From the NCBI GenBank assembly GCA_964016885.1, contig OZ024748.1, positions 18,786,001 through 18,850,000 of the forward strand: a stretch of 64,000 nucleotides of DNA, in the 5' to 3' direction. A program made the position numbers and the translations under genes. Shown here one piece after another: positions 15,231 through 29,587 of the stretch. Every line of letters begins with the position of its first letter. Position 1 is the stretch's first letter. The notes under the pieces were generated by a model. It made no database searches. It worked only from the letters and a program-made list of their open reading frames with translations, and had not been told where the DNA came from. The stretch is from Eledone cirrhosa. Lineage: Eukaryota.

Positions 15231-15592
15231 GCAATAACACCAAGGAAAGCTAATATAATAAGGTGTTAGCGGAGGTGGTGATGGTGGTGGTGGGGGGGTT
15301 GGTCTATTGATGTAACAAACTAATGGTAGTCACATGAACACAAAGGGAGACAACCAAATTAAAGGTGGGGAGTGTGTGAATATTTCCCCAAACATTCCCA
15401 CCACACCCTTCTAACTTTAAGTGATTCTTCCCCTACCCCTCTCCTCCCAATAGATATCATGTGATATCATATATATACATATATACATGCATACATATAC
15501 ATATAAATAAGCACACACACACACACACATGTTATTCAGACATACATACACACATATATATATACATATACACACATATGTATATACATATG

Positions 15593-15660
<68 letters not shown>

Positions 15661-15739
15661 TATATATACACATATATACATACACAAATACACATAAATA
15701 CATAAATACATACACACAAACGCATATATATATATATAT

Positions 15740-16895
15740 ACACATAGATATATACTCATACATACATATATACATATACATACACATATATACATATACA
15801 CACACAAGCACACATATATATATGTACACACAGACATATAGATACAAACATACATACATATACACATACATGCATATATATATATGTACACACACACACA
15901 CACATACATACATATATATATAAATACACACTTAAACACACACATATATGCATATAGACAGACACACACAGACACACACGCACGCATATAAATATATATA
16001 TCCATACATATATACATACATACACACATGCATACACACATATATATATATATATATATACACACGTACATATATATATGTACACACACACACATTTAGA
16101 TACAAACATACATACATATACACATACATGCATATATATATATGTACACACACACACACACACACATACATACATATATATATATAAATACACACTTAAA
16201 CACACACATATATGCATATAGACAGACACGCACAGACACACACACACGCATATAAATATGTATATCCATACATATATACATACATACACACATGCATACA
16301 CACACATATATATATATATACACACGTACATATATATATATATGTACACACACACATTTAGATACAAACATATATACATATACACATACATGCATATATA
16401 TATATGTACACACACACACACATACATATATATATATAAATACACACTTAAACACACACATATATGCATATAGACAGACACACACAGACACACACACACA
16501 TATAAATATGTATATCCATACATATATACATACATACACACATGCATACACACATATATATATATATACACACGTACATATATATATGTACACACACACA
16601 TTTAGATACAAACATACATACATATACACATACATGCATCTATATATATATGTACACACACACACACATACATACATATATATATATATAAATACAAACT
16701 TAAACACACATATATGCATATAGACCGACACACACAGACACACACACACGCATATAAATATGTATATCCATACATATATACATACATACACACATGCATA
16801 CACACACATATATATATATACACACGTACATATATATATATATATGTACACACACACATTTAGATACAAACATACATACATATACACATACATGC

Positions 16896-16932
<37 letters not shown>

Positions 16933-17903
16933 TACATATATATATATAAATACACACTTAAACACACACATATATGCATATAGACAGACACACACAGACA
17001 CACACACACACATATAAATATGTATATCCATACATATATACATACATACACACATGCATACACACATATATATATATATACACACGTACATATATATATA
17101 TATGTACACACACACATTTAGATACAAACATACATACATATACACATACATGCATATATATATATGTACACACACACACACATACACACATACATACATA
17201 TATATATAAATACACACTTAAACACACACATATATGCATATAGACAGACACACACAGACACACACACACGCATATAAATATGTATATCCATACATATATA
17301 CATACATACACACATGCATACACACATATATATATATATATATACACACGTACATATATATATGTACACACACACACACATACACACATACATACATATA
17401 TATATAAATACACACTTAAACACACACATATATGCATATAGACAGACACACAGACACACACACACGCATATAAATATGTATATCTATACATATATACATA
17501 CATACACACATGCATACACACATATATATATATATACACACGTACATATATATATGTACACACACACACACATACACACATACATACATATATATATAAA
17601 TACACACTTAAACACACACATATATGCATATAGACAGACACACACAGACACACACACACGCATATAAATATGTATATCCATACATATATACATACATACA
17701 CACATGCATACACACATATATATATATATATACACACGTACATATATATATGTACACACACACACACATACACACATACATACATATATATATAAATACA
17801 CACTTAAACACACACATATATGCATATAGACAGACACACAGACACACACACACGCATATAAATATGTATATCTATACATATATACATACATACACACATG
17901 CAT

Positions 17904-17948
<45 letters not shown>

Positions 17949-18075
17949 CACACTTAAACACACATATATGCATATAGACACACACAGACACACACACACG
18001 CATATAAATATGTATATCCATACATATATACATACATACATACACACATGCATACACACACATATATATATATAT
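15740..18075. repeat. Higher-order tandem repeat (~190-260 bp units) built from TA/CA microsatellites
   Basis: Landmarks aaatacacacttaaacac, gcatatagacagac and catttagatacaaac recur in the same order about 10 times. Confidence 0.85.
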
Positions 18076-18226
18076 ATACACACTTATATCTAGAGTGTGG
18101 TATAAAGCAAAGCAGCATTTTTTCCATTCATACATCGGTCGAGCTGGTGCTGTGTTGTAACAATGGTAAACAAATGGCTTTTTATTTCTCTCGGTGGCGA
18201 GAAAAATAAAAAAAAGAAAACTGGAT

Positions 18227-18271
18227 CTATTTGACTGGTTTCAAACCTCATTTGATTCTCAACAAAGACAG
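18227..18271 (-). ncRNA. Degenerate hammerhead-like motif
   Basis: The reverse complement reads ctgtct-TTGTTGA-gaatc aaatga ggttt-GAAAC-ca-GTC-aaatag, in a unique island between TA tracts. The core is mutated. Confidence 0.35.
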
Positions 18272-18330
18272 AATACCATTTGATCTGACTATGGAGAGAA
18301 ATATTAGTTATTGTAGCTATATATAGATAG

Positions 18331-18390
<60 letters not shown>

Positions 18391-18397
18391 GTATATA

Positions 18398-18437
<40 letters not shown>

Positions 18438-18763
18438 TATAATATATATATATGCATATATATATATGCATATATATATATATATGTACACATATATATA
18501 TATATACATATATATGCATATATATATATATGTACACACGTTTTCAGATAAAGAATCTTGCTAAACAAATTCAGAAACGAAATATATATATATATATAAA
18601 TATACATATATATATATGTGCATATACATATATGTATATATATATATATACACCCAGTAACTGTAGTAATGTTGCTCAACTGATTAGTTCAATTTGCCAA
18701 AATAGTGCTATTTAAATATGCAACAAATTGCAAGCAACACATAAACACAGGCATAGAAAAACT

Positions 18764-18818
<55 letters not shown>

Positions 18819-18989
18819 CTCACACATATATATCATCATTATTTAATGTCTTTTACTTGTAGCAAGGATAGATACATATATAACTTTCTGTCCATATAAA
18901 GCACAAAACTAATAAGACTTTTTGTACCACTGTTTGTTATCTCCTTGCACTCTCTCTATATATATACACTCACACACTAATATACATAC

Positions 18990-19066
<77 letters not shown>

Positions 19067-19949
19067 GAAAATTTGAAAAAAACTGAGCATCCCAAAATCC
19101 TAAATGCAGCAAATAATTTTTCACAATAGATAATAGTTTTAGAAAATTGGGTAAATTATTCTTAAAGATGGAAAAAGTAAACTACAACTACCACCACCAC
19201 AACCATTACCACTACTACTACCACCATCACCATGACGACGGAAATGATCACCACCACCACTACCACAACCACCACCACCACCACCACCACTAACATCACC
19301 ACCACCACCACCACCACCACCACCATAGAAGATATAGAAAGAGAGTGAGAGAGTGTGGTAAAGATATATACAGAGCGGAAAATCATAAAATACAGAAAGA
19401 CAGATAGATATATAGAGAGAGGTATTCTGACAGTTGTGGATTCTAATGATATTCAATATTGCTGATTTTGAAGTAGATTTATATCTTGTAACAATTACAT
19501 TTTTTTATAAATAACAACCCTAAAATAACCTTGAAGCATATAGATAGTATGCACCAAAAAGCCATACATCTCTCATGAGGAGAAGCTGAAGTATACATCT
19601 AGTGAAACCTTCTGCCCACACTGTAAAGTGATCATGATGGCAACATGACAAAAAACGCCCAGCCCACACTATAAAGTGTTTGCAATGGTGACACAACAAA
19701 TAGCACCCAGCCCACACTGTAAAGTGGTCAAGTAGGTCTCACGTCAAAAAGTATCCAGTACTCACTGTAAATGAGGTTGGCATTAGGGAGGGCACCCAGC
19801 TGTAGAAACTAGGGCAAAATCAGTTTTGTATGAGCAAGACATGGTCACCTGACCTGACATTGCTCACAATAGGACAACTCGTCCAACCCATGCTAGCATG
19901 GAAAAATGGACGTTAAACAGTGATGATGATGATAATATATATATATATC

Positions 19950-20170
19950 GACAGTCGATCGACAAGATCCCCACCCTCATTCGCTTAACGAGTGGGATGG
20001 AGCTCATCAAATTGGACTGAGGAAAAAATGTTTCCATTGGTCTTTCCAATTGCTAATACTATCTGTCAGTTGCAAATCCAGGCAGAAGGAGCAGCATGAA
20101 ATAAAGAATCTTGCTCAAGGACATAACACATTGCCCGGTTTGGGAATCGAAACCACAACCTCACGATTGC
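19950..20170 (-). mobile_element. SINE family B variant (head truncated)
   Basis: Homologous to 13015-13232. Confidence 0.75.
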
Positions 20171-20171
20171 G

Positions 20172-20753
20172 ATATTGTGGTTCACTTTTCGTGGTCATGC
20201 TACATCGCAGATTTTTCTTTAGACATATCTAATTTCCTCACTACATATCTATTTTCTTATCGTGCTACGTATGTCTGAATAAAAAGTGTTTAAAATTTAA
20301 ACTTATTAAATAAGTTCCGATGTGATTGAAGTGTATATTGTAAGGAAGGGGCATCTTAAGGCTTTAACTGTAAAAAAATGTTTTTATTTTTCATCCCATT
20401 ACTGTTTTATTGATTGTGTTTTTCTCTAATCTACTACAAACCCTTCATAGATTGACAGGAGATGTGTAGTGTATTAACAAGTGGTTAACATGGCTGGTAA
20501 TGGTCCTCATTCGTAACTAGTTGTACGATGGTTGGTGGTAGTTTCTATACAATTGTTACTGGCTGTTTTTAGTGTTTAAATACAAAAGTGCGTTTTAATG
20601 AGTTCATACGAACTTAAAGCATGTAGGAGGAGTATTTTAAGGCTTAAACAATGAAAACAACAGTTATCTTTATGGTTTCTCTATATTGCAGATTTTCATT
20701 TATCGCGGTTGGTTCTGGAACATATCCCCCACAATAAACGGGGGATTACTGTA
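20172..20753. mobile_element. Probable Tc1/pogo(Tigger)-like non-autonomous DNA transposon remnant
   Basis: The right end ...ataaacgggggattactg|TA resembles a CAGT-type TIR with a TA target, and an internal cagatttt repeat is present. The left TIR is not seen. Confidence 0.4.
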
Positions 20754-21424
20754 TATATATATATATAAATGTGTTTATTTTTCATATGAATAAATATGTT
20801 AGTCATGTCACCTTCACTACTCCCCCAAACACTTAGTGCCCCACCTAGGAGCAGATCAGCCCCCACCACCTCCACCATACCTTACTTTCTTGCACCTATC
20901 ACTGCAACAACAACAACAACATAGTATTGGTACACATACAATTAAAACACATCAAAGGATCAAAAAGGGGGGGGGGCTTGGCGTGGGGGTGGAGGAAGAA
21001 GAAAATGGGAACTTCTATCTCAGCACCATCATCACCACCACCACCACCACCACCACCAACATCATCATTGTCCCCATCACCACCACCACCACCAGCATCA
21101 CCGTTGTCCCCTTCACCACCACCTCCATCTTCATCATCACCACCAACATCATCACTATCCCCACCACCATCACCACCACCACCACCACCAATTCTATAGG
21201 ATCTCAGTTTGACAATCGCCACCAACGAATGCGAGAAAGTTCTCCAGGAAAGTTAACCAAGAATCTTTTAAAATCTTTCCAACGAAGTTAACAAAGAACT
21301 TACTGGATCTACCAACTCATAATATTATAAAATTAAATCAAATTGTTTAGACCTACAAGTGTAGTCAATCTTTTCGTTTTTTTAAATATACCTAACTGTA
21401 CCAAGGATTTCACACATTTTCCTA

Positions 21425-21724
21425 TCATCATCATCATCATCGTTTAAACGTCCGTGTTCCATGCTTGCATGGGTTTGGACGGGAGTTTTCCCACTTGAGG
21501 CAAGAGTGGTTGTCTTGCTCGCATAGGACTGTCTGGCGGGTTTTCTACAGTTGGATGCCCTTCCTAACACCAACCACATTTACAGTGTGGGGCTGGGAGG
21601 TTTTTACCGTGTTGCCTACACGGCCACATTACAGCGTGGACTGTCTGGCAGGTTTTCTACAGCTGGATGCCCTTCCTAACACCAACCACATTTACAGTGT
21701 GGGACTGGGACGTTTTTACCGTGT

Positions 21725-21725
<1 letters not shown>
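21425..21725. mobile_element. Short interspersed repeat ending in (CAT)n (ggatgcccttcctaacaccaacc family)
   Basis: The same motif family occurs at about 19740-19930, 29085-29255, 44060-44290, 46665-46855, 52920-53085 and 57140-57302. Confidence 0.75.
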
Positions 21726-21761
<36 letters not shown>

Positions 21762-21767
21762 TTATTC

Positions 21768-21806
21768 ATTATAAGAACAGATTAAAGTTTAATCTGTTCT
21801 TATAAT
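21768..21806. repeat. 19-bp inverted repeat with a 1-nt spacer
   Basis: attataagaacagattaaa-g-tttaatctgttcttataat. Confidence 0.9.
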
Positions 21807-21931
21807 AAATATTTGCTCTACGGGTTTATATATATATATATATATGCAAAAGTTCTATTTAAAATTGTTGGGATACAACAAGTAAATATTTTTATAACTG
21901 ATATAAAGCACTCGACAAGTATTTGGAGTAG

Positions 21932-22286
21932 ATATACGATATTAATAAATGGAAACTGTATTTATAAAACCATATTTATTTCATTATACATATTTCAGGG
22001 ATACCAAATTAAATTATGGTATGCCTTCATCAGACAAAATACAATATATAACAGTTTTACAAATAAGCTTTGACGTACCCTATTAAAATGCAACCATTAT
22101 TTTTGGAAGCCATCCGGATAGCTTCCAAAAATAATGGTTGCATTTTAATAGGGTACGTCAAAGCTTATTTGTAAAACTGTTATATATTGTCTGATGAAGG
22201 CATACCATAATTTAATTTGGTATCCCTGAAATATGTATAATGAAATAAATATGGTTTTATAAATATAGTTTCCATTTATTAATATC

Positions 22287-22292
<6 letters not shown>
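21932..22292. mobile_element. ~360-bp spacerless palindrome with a hammerhead fold in each arm
   Basis: Centred on atcc|ggat (22115/22116). The arms differ by two substitutions and a 7-nt indel. A CTGATGA...GAAA fold lies at 21977-22041 (-) and 22186-22247 (+). Confidence 0.85.
21977..22041 (-). ncRNA. Type I hammerhead ribozyme candidate
   Basis: The reverse complement reads tattttgt-CTGATGA-aggcatacca taatttaatt tggtatccct-GAAA-tatgt-ATA-atgaaata. Stem I is 8 bp (2 GU), stem II is 9 of 10 bp, and AATAAA follows. Confidence 0.6.
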
Positions 22293-22324
<32 letters not shown>

Positions 22325-22416
22325 CCAAAAGTTTAACAAGGTTCATTGATTAATCAATGAATAAAGTTTTACAATAGATTAGAAGCACTCAACAAAGAGG
22401 TTTTCTGGAGTTATTA

Positions 22417-22508
22417 ATATTACTTCAAAATATTAATAAATATAAAGATTCATATATTTGATCACATGAATGTCTATATTTATATTTATTAATATTTTGA
22501 AGTAATAT
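22417..22508. repeat. 30-bp inverted repeat with a 32-nt loop
   Basis: atattacttcaaaatattaataaatataaa pairs with tttatatttattaatattttgaagtaatat. Confidence 0.9.
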
Positions 22509-23996
22509 ATATATATATATAATCCTTATTGAGCCCTCTTTGGATTTTAGTCTTCACATTTATTATTACTATAAATAAATATATATCATGTATTGTTTAT
22601 TGGTTTATTTATCTACTTATTTGTACATGGCTGGGGTTGATGAGGGGGAGGGGCCAAACATTTCATGAAAGGGGTCAAGAGTTTTAACTGTTTTTTTTTT
22701 TTGTGGGTGGAAGGAATCTCTGCCCTATACAGATCAATAGTTTGGTTATTGTCACTGTGATGTACCCACCACCACCACCACCACCATCAACATCATCACC
22801 CATCTTACTAGAGAGAGAGAGAGGGGGGTGAAGAGAGAGAGGGAGGAAAAGGAGATAGAAATAGATAAACAGACAGAGAAAAAGGTGAAGAAAAAGAGGG
22901 GAAGAGAAAGAGGAGAGAGAAAGAGGAGATAGATAGATAGACAAGTAGATAGATAGATAGGTAAGTAGGTAGGTAGACAGGTAGGTAGATAGATAGATAG
23001 ATATAGATAGAGAGATAGGTAGAGTAGATAGTTTAATTAGCCCCAATTATTGTGGTACTGCTAATTAGTGGACTTGCTTTCAGGCTAAGATTAAGGTTTC
23101 ATCTATTGAGATTACCAACGTGGATTATCTTATCAACACCATCACCCCTCCCCCTCCCCTACCACAATCACTACCCCCCCCCCCCCAACCATCATCACAT
23201 ACCACATACCCCTCCCCCACAATCATTACCACAACCAATACATACCACCACCACCACCACCACAACAGACCTTATCATCACCACTACCACCATCACATTC
23301 TTAACATCAACATCATCATCATCATCACAACAGCAGCTACCATCACGACGACCACCACCACCACCATCATCATCATCCTCATCATCATCATCATCATCAC
23401 TATCACCTTCATAACCATCATCATCATTATAATCACTATTAACGGACACTACAACCACCACCTCCACCATATACTACCACCACCACCACCACCACCACCA
23501 TCATCACCATAACCACCACCACCACCACCACTACCACATACTACCACCATCACCACCACCATCATCACCACTACTGTTACCAACACCAAATACTACCACC
23601 ACCACCACCACCACCACCACCACATAACACCACATAACACCACCACTAGCATCACCACCACTAGCCTAACTCAACCTCCACACTCCACCTCCCCACCACC
23701 ACACCAAAGTGCAACTACCACTAACTGCAGTAGTAATATGCAGAGAAATATGCATATTGCAGATTATGCACTGAAGAACATGTTTCTTTTTTAATTCCGA
23801 GATAAAAGATATCTTTGAACAATAGAAGGTTACCATGGTTACAAAGAAAATCAATATTCAAATATTTTGGCAAATTTCACAGAATATTTACATATTCATA
23901 CATGCGTGTGTGTGTGTATATATATAATATATATATAATATATATATATATATCATATATATATATCTCATATATACATATATATATGTATATTAT

Positions 23997-24029
<33 letters not shown>

Positions 24030-24079
24030 CATCATCACCGTTTTATGTCCGTTCTTCCACGCTAGCATGGGTTAGACGT

Positions 24080-24315
24080 TTTCCCTGCTTGCAAGGGTGG
24101 GACGGGAACTGATTCTGGCTTGATTTCTACAGCTGGATGCCCTTCCTAACACCAACCTCATTTACAGTGAGTGCTGGGTGCTTTTTTGCCGTGGCACCTC
24201 CACGACCACTTTGCAGTGGAATGATAGGGACCCCAGTCCCTATCATCTCATTTCTACAGCTGAGTAAACTGGAGCAATGTGAAATAAAGTGTCTTGCTCA
24301 AGGACACAATGCATC
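24080..24315 (-). mobile_element. SINE family B, 5'-truncated
   Basis: Matches 9915-10135. Confidence 0.8.
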
Positions 24316-24444
24316 ACAACACATACGATATATATATATATATATATATATCGTATGTATATATCATAAATATATATATTAAATGGACGTTAAACGATGA
24401 TGATGATGTAATGTATATATATGATTTGAATGAGAGTGCTCCAA

Positions 24445-24670
24445 AAGCATACAAGCCGGATAAAGAAAAGTTCAGGGAGCTGCAGCCTCTGGCAGTAACA
24501 AAGGGTTTCCCTCTCTTTCACTCTGAGTAAAAGGCAGATTGTGTGATGCTTGTGTATGAAGTGCAATGCTGCATGGTGGTGCAATGTGCATCTTAAATGC
24601 AGAGGATTTATGAAGGTTAAAAAGAAATGAAGCAAGCATGCTTCAGTGGATATGTAATGTTAGTATGGAT
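24445..24670 (+). mobile_element. Decayed RTE LINE fragment
   Basis: Translates KEKFRELQPLAVTKGFPL, matching WKKFRELIPLLATKGFSL in the 44453 ORF. Confidence 0.7.
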
Positions 24671-25151
24671 GCAAGCATAGCTAAGTGGTTAAGAAGTTTG
24701 TTTCACAACCATGAGGTCCCATCATGGGTAGGTGTATATGCTATAGCTTCAGGTTGACCTATGCCTTGTAAGTGAAGTTTGGTAGACAGAAACTGTGTGG
24801 AAGCCCAGCTTATGGATTGTATCTGGAATACAAAAAAAATCCAGCCTTGTGACATATTGAGTCTCTTGGAATTACATTAAAGGTACATGTGTCTGTGGAA
24901 TACTCAGCCACATACACTAATACAAGATGGACTGTACCTGTAATACAAAGGTGTACATGACTGTGGAATACTCAGCCACTTTCATTAAGACAAGATGGAC
25001 TGTACCAACAATTCAAATAACCAGCTTTGTCACATATTGTGTCATGCTGAATCACCCTGAGAATTATGTTAAGGGTGCACGTGTCTGTGGAATACTCAGC
25101 CACTTACATATTAATTCATGAGCTAGATCATCCTTTTTTGAGCAGTCAGCT

Positions 25152-25762
25152 GCATAGGATGTGGCTCATCATAGGATGGGCTCCATAGGATGTGGTTCAT
25201 CATAAGGTGGGCCCCATAGGATGTGGTTCATCATAAGGTGGGCCCCATAGGATGTGGTTCATCATAAGGTGGGCCCCATAGGATGTGGTTCATCATAAGG
25301 TGGGCCCCATAGGATGTGGTTCATCATAAGGTGGGCCCCATAGGATGTGGTTCATCATAAGGTGGGCCCCATAGGATGTGGTTCATCATAAGGTGGGCCC
25401 CATAGGATGTGGTTCATCATAAGGTGGGCCCCATAGGATGTGGTTCATCATAAGGTGGGCCCCATAGGATGTGCATCATCTTAAGGTAGGCCACATAGAA
25501 TGTGGCATCTCATAAACTGGGCCACATAGGATGTGGTTTATCATAAGGCAGGCCACATAGAATGTGGCTCATCACAAGTGGGCTACATAGGATGTGGTTC
25601 ATCATAAAGTGGGTCCCATAGGATGTGGCTCATCATATGGTAAGCCACATAGGATGTGGCTCATTATAAGGCAGGTTGTATAGGATGTGGCTCATCATAA
25701 GATAGGCCCCATAGGATGTGGTTCATCATAAGAGGAGCCACATAGGATCTGGCTCATGATAA
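25152..25762. repeat. 31-bp minisatellite cataaggtgggccccataggatgtggttcat, about 19 copies
   Basis: Period 31. Central copies are identical and edge copies diverge. Confidence 0.95.
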
Positions 25763-26816
25763 GGCTAAGAAGCTACACTACTAAACAATTGTATAATCCA
25801 CTAGCATTACCTCCATACAGCACTTCACATGATATACCATTGCTATACTACCATACTGCCATGACCACCACGACGACCACCACCTACACCACCATGACCA
25901 CCGCCACCACCACCACCACCACCACCAACAACAACACTGCCATTACCACCACAGCCACCACCACCAATACCTGATGACTACAACCACCACCGACAGTTAA
26001 ACACTACCATACACCATCATCATCACAACTCCCAACACCACCACCATTATTACCAACTCCATCATCATTATAACCCCCACCATCATCACAAATTCCCACC
26101 ACCTCATGACCACAACCACCACCAAAATCACCATCACCAACTCCTTCATTATTATAACCTTCCCATCACCATCAACAACAGCACCAACACCAACACCAAC
26201 ACCAACACCAAAACCACCATCACCACCACCACCACCATCACCACCAGTACATCACCATCACCACCATCACCACCACACACACCAACACCAAAACCGCCAT
26301 CACCACCACCATCACCACCAACGCCACCAGTACATCACCATCACCACCATCACCACCACCCACACCAACACCAAAACCACCATCACCACCACCACCACCA
26401 CCAACACCACCAGTACATCACCATCACCACCACCAGCACCACCACCCTCACCCTCACCATCACCACCATCACCACCACCCACACCAACACCACCAGTACA
26501 TCACCACCACCACCACCATCACCCTCACCATCACCACCACCACCACCACCACCCTCACCATCACCACCACCGTGATAATTCTACATCAAAGCTGAACCAG
26601 AAGAAGAACTGCTCTGTGCATTAACTGCACACATATTGCATTAGAAATGCAGTGATGTTCCAGCGAACGGAGATGAAATGATGCACATGTATCTGAGGAA
26701 GAAAAGAAAGGTGAGTGCAGTTGTGGTTCAGAACAATAACAACTGCACCATTGATGTGCACTTTGTCTGTCTGCCTGTCTGTTTCTTGCTCTGGTTTGCA
26801 GTTAATATATATGTAT

Positions 26817-27140
26817 GGAGGCACATGGCTTAGTGGTTAGAGCATTGGCCTTGCAATCGAAAGGTTGTGAGTTCAATTCTCAGACCGGGTGATGTGTTGT
26901 TTCCTTGAGCAAGACACTTTATTTCACATTGCTCCAGTTTACTCAGCTGTAGAAATGAGATGTTAAGGACTGGGGTCCCTATCAATCCACTGTAAAGTGG
27001 TCGTGGAGGTGCCATGGCAAAAAAGCACCCAGCACTCACTGTAAATGAGGTTGGTGTTAGGAAGAGCATCCAGCTGTAGAAATCAAGCCAGCATCAGTTC
27101 CCGTCCCACCCTTGCAAGCAGGGAAAAACGGACGTAAAAT
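26817..27140 (+). mobile_element. tRNA-derived SINE family B, full length
   Basis: A box tggcttagtgg, B box gagttcaattct and a (gaaat)n tail. Near-identical to 46138-46465 and 47890-48215. Confidence 0.9.
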
Positions 27141-27172
27141 GAAATGAAAAATGAAATGAAATGAAATGAATA

Positions 27173-27220
<48 letters not shown>

Positions 27221-27439
27221 TTTCCTATATATTTTTTTTCATAATATATAAGAAAAAGATAGTGTTACTTAAAAAGAAATTGCAAGTCAGAAGATTTAAA
27301 CTGAATGTGTTTATAATGGATCCACAGGAAGGAGTGTTTGAGGACCCCCCCCCCTCTCCGACCCTCTAGGAATAAGTTGGCGAAGAAGAAGAAAAGGGAG
27401 ATGTATTTATAGAGATAGAAATATAGTGAGGGGAGACTT

Positions 27440-27756
27440 TTCATCGTCATCATCATCTCAGTCGAAATCAACTCAACAATTGATCTCCACGTGGGTCTGT
27501 CGTTCATTGCCGTTGCCAAGTCCTGGATTTCAATACCGGAATCTCTGGAGATGACATCGGGATAGGAGAGCTTGCGCCCCCTGTTATTAGTGACTGCTTG
27601 TGGTTTCCAAAGCACTAATGGGGACACAGCCTCAGAGGTGGCACGGTGGCAGTGGCCAGCAAATATTACTCTCCTTTTACGTACAATGCCAGATATGCAT
27701 GGGAGGCTGGCATATCTCTCTCTCAAAGTCAGATGTTGCCAGCTTATGTTCTGCAT
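27440..27756 (-). mobile_element. RTE-like LINE 3' end (5'-truncated)
   Basis: QNISWQHLT...ISGIVRKRRVIFAGHCHR...RGRKLSYPDVISRD...AMNDRPTWRSIV is a typical RTE C-terminus and is followed by (GAT)n. Confidence 0.8.
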
Positions 27757-28029
27757 GTGTTGAATCAGGTGAGTGTCAGTGCCAGCAAGGTGCTTTTAGA
27801 TGACTGAAAGAAGTCCTTAACCTTCTGGAGACTGAATATTTTTATGAATTGCTTCCCTTGATACTGTATTATGTATTAAGGGGAGATAACTCTATCGCCA
27901 CCTTCAGGCACTGCAGTGCCAAGAGGGTTAAATAGTTTAATTCTTACAGTTGTTTCAACACAAAGTTTTTTTTCAAACACAAAACTAGTGAAATGTAATC
28001 AAAATGATAATATTAATGGTAATATAATA

Positions 28030-28407
28030 ATAATTGTTTCTACTTTAGGCACAAGGCCAGCAATTACCCCAGTGCATTACTGGTACTTTATTTTATCGAC
28101 CCCGTAAGGATGAAAGGCAAAGTCAACCTCGGCGGGATTTGAACTCAGATCGTAAAGGGACGTAACTATGCTTGAAAGCATGGCGTCCGACCCTCTACCG
28201 ATACTGCCAGTGTATAATAATTGTTTCTACTTTAGGCACAAGGCCAGCAATTATCCAGTGCATTACTGGTACTTTATTTTATCGACCCCGTAAGGATGAA
28301 AGGCAAAGTTAACCTCGGCGGGATTTGAACTCAGAATGGCAAGGGCCGTAACCCTATGCGTCAAAGCATGGCGTCCGACCCTCTACCGATACTGCCAACC
28401 CACCGCC
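28030..28407 (-). mobile_element. Two tandem SINE family A copies
   Basis: Reverse complement of the 35381 unit, present twice. Confidence 0.9.
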
Positions 28408-28582
28408 AGTGTAAAATAATAATGTATAATAATAGTGTATATACTTTAGACTAGTTTGTGTTTTTAAAAATTGGTTTGTATCTCCTCAGAAGATTAAACA
28501 TTTGTATTATAAAAAATTGAGTACCGTGATGAGAATATGTTGCTATTTTGGTGACTAAATCTCAACATGTAGAGATAGTGTA

Positions 28583-28642
<60 letters not shown>

Positions 28643-28789
28643 AGAGAGAGAGAGAGAGAGAGAAGAGAGGGGTGGGATATATAGATAGAGAGAAAGAGAG
28701 AGACAAGGATAATGATTGAGAGAGGGAAAGAGAGAGTGATAGTGAAGGGGATATATAGATATATATATAGAGAGAGATAGGGGCATAGT

Positions 28790-28822
<33 letters not shown>

Positions 28823-28998
28823 GGGGATAGTGAATGAGGGAGAGGGCGTGAGTGGGGGTGGGGGGTGGCTAAATAATCAATTCCAGTGTTTTATTGACCC
28901 TGAAAGATCGAATGGCAAAGTTGACCTTGGTGAGTTTTGAACACAGAGTGCAGAAAGTCGGAACAAATAACAAGTGGGTTTGTGTATGTGTGTATGTT

Positions 28999-29046
<48 letters not shown>

Positions 29047-29050
29047 TATA

Positions 29051-29082
<32 letters not shown>

Positions 29083-29286
29083 CCCACACTGTAAATGTGG
29101 TTGGTGTTAGGAAGGGCATCCAACTGTAGAAAACCCGCCAGACAGTCCTATGCGAGCAAGACAACCACTCTTGCCTCAAGTGGGAAAACCCCCGTCCAAA
29201 CCCATGCAAGCGTGGAACACGGACGCTAAACCTGATGATGATGATGATGATGATGATATGTGTATATATATACATATATGTGTGTG

Positions 29287-29343
<57 letters not shown>

Positions 29344-29546
29344 CACATATATATATATGTGTATATATATATATATATATACATACATACATAGGGCATC
29401 CAGCTGTAGAAATTATGCCAGAATCAGTTCCCGTCCCACCCTTGCAAGCAGGGAAAAAGTGGACGTAAAATGATGATGATGATGATGATGATACAAAGAC
29501 ATAGACATATACATCAGGCATAAGTGATCATCCTCTCTTTGAAGTA

Positions 29547-29587
<41 letters not shown>

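Noticed and set aside
26817-26890. tRNA gene candidates at SINE heads (families A and B)
   Set aside because: A and B boxes are present, but the heads run into SINE bodies found in many copies and lack a clean cloverleaf.
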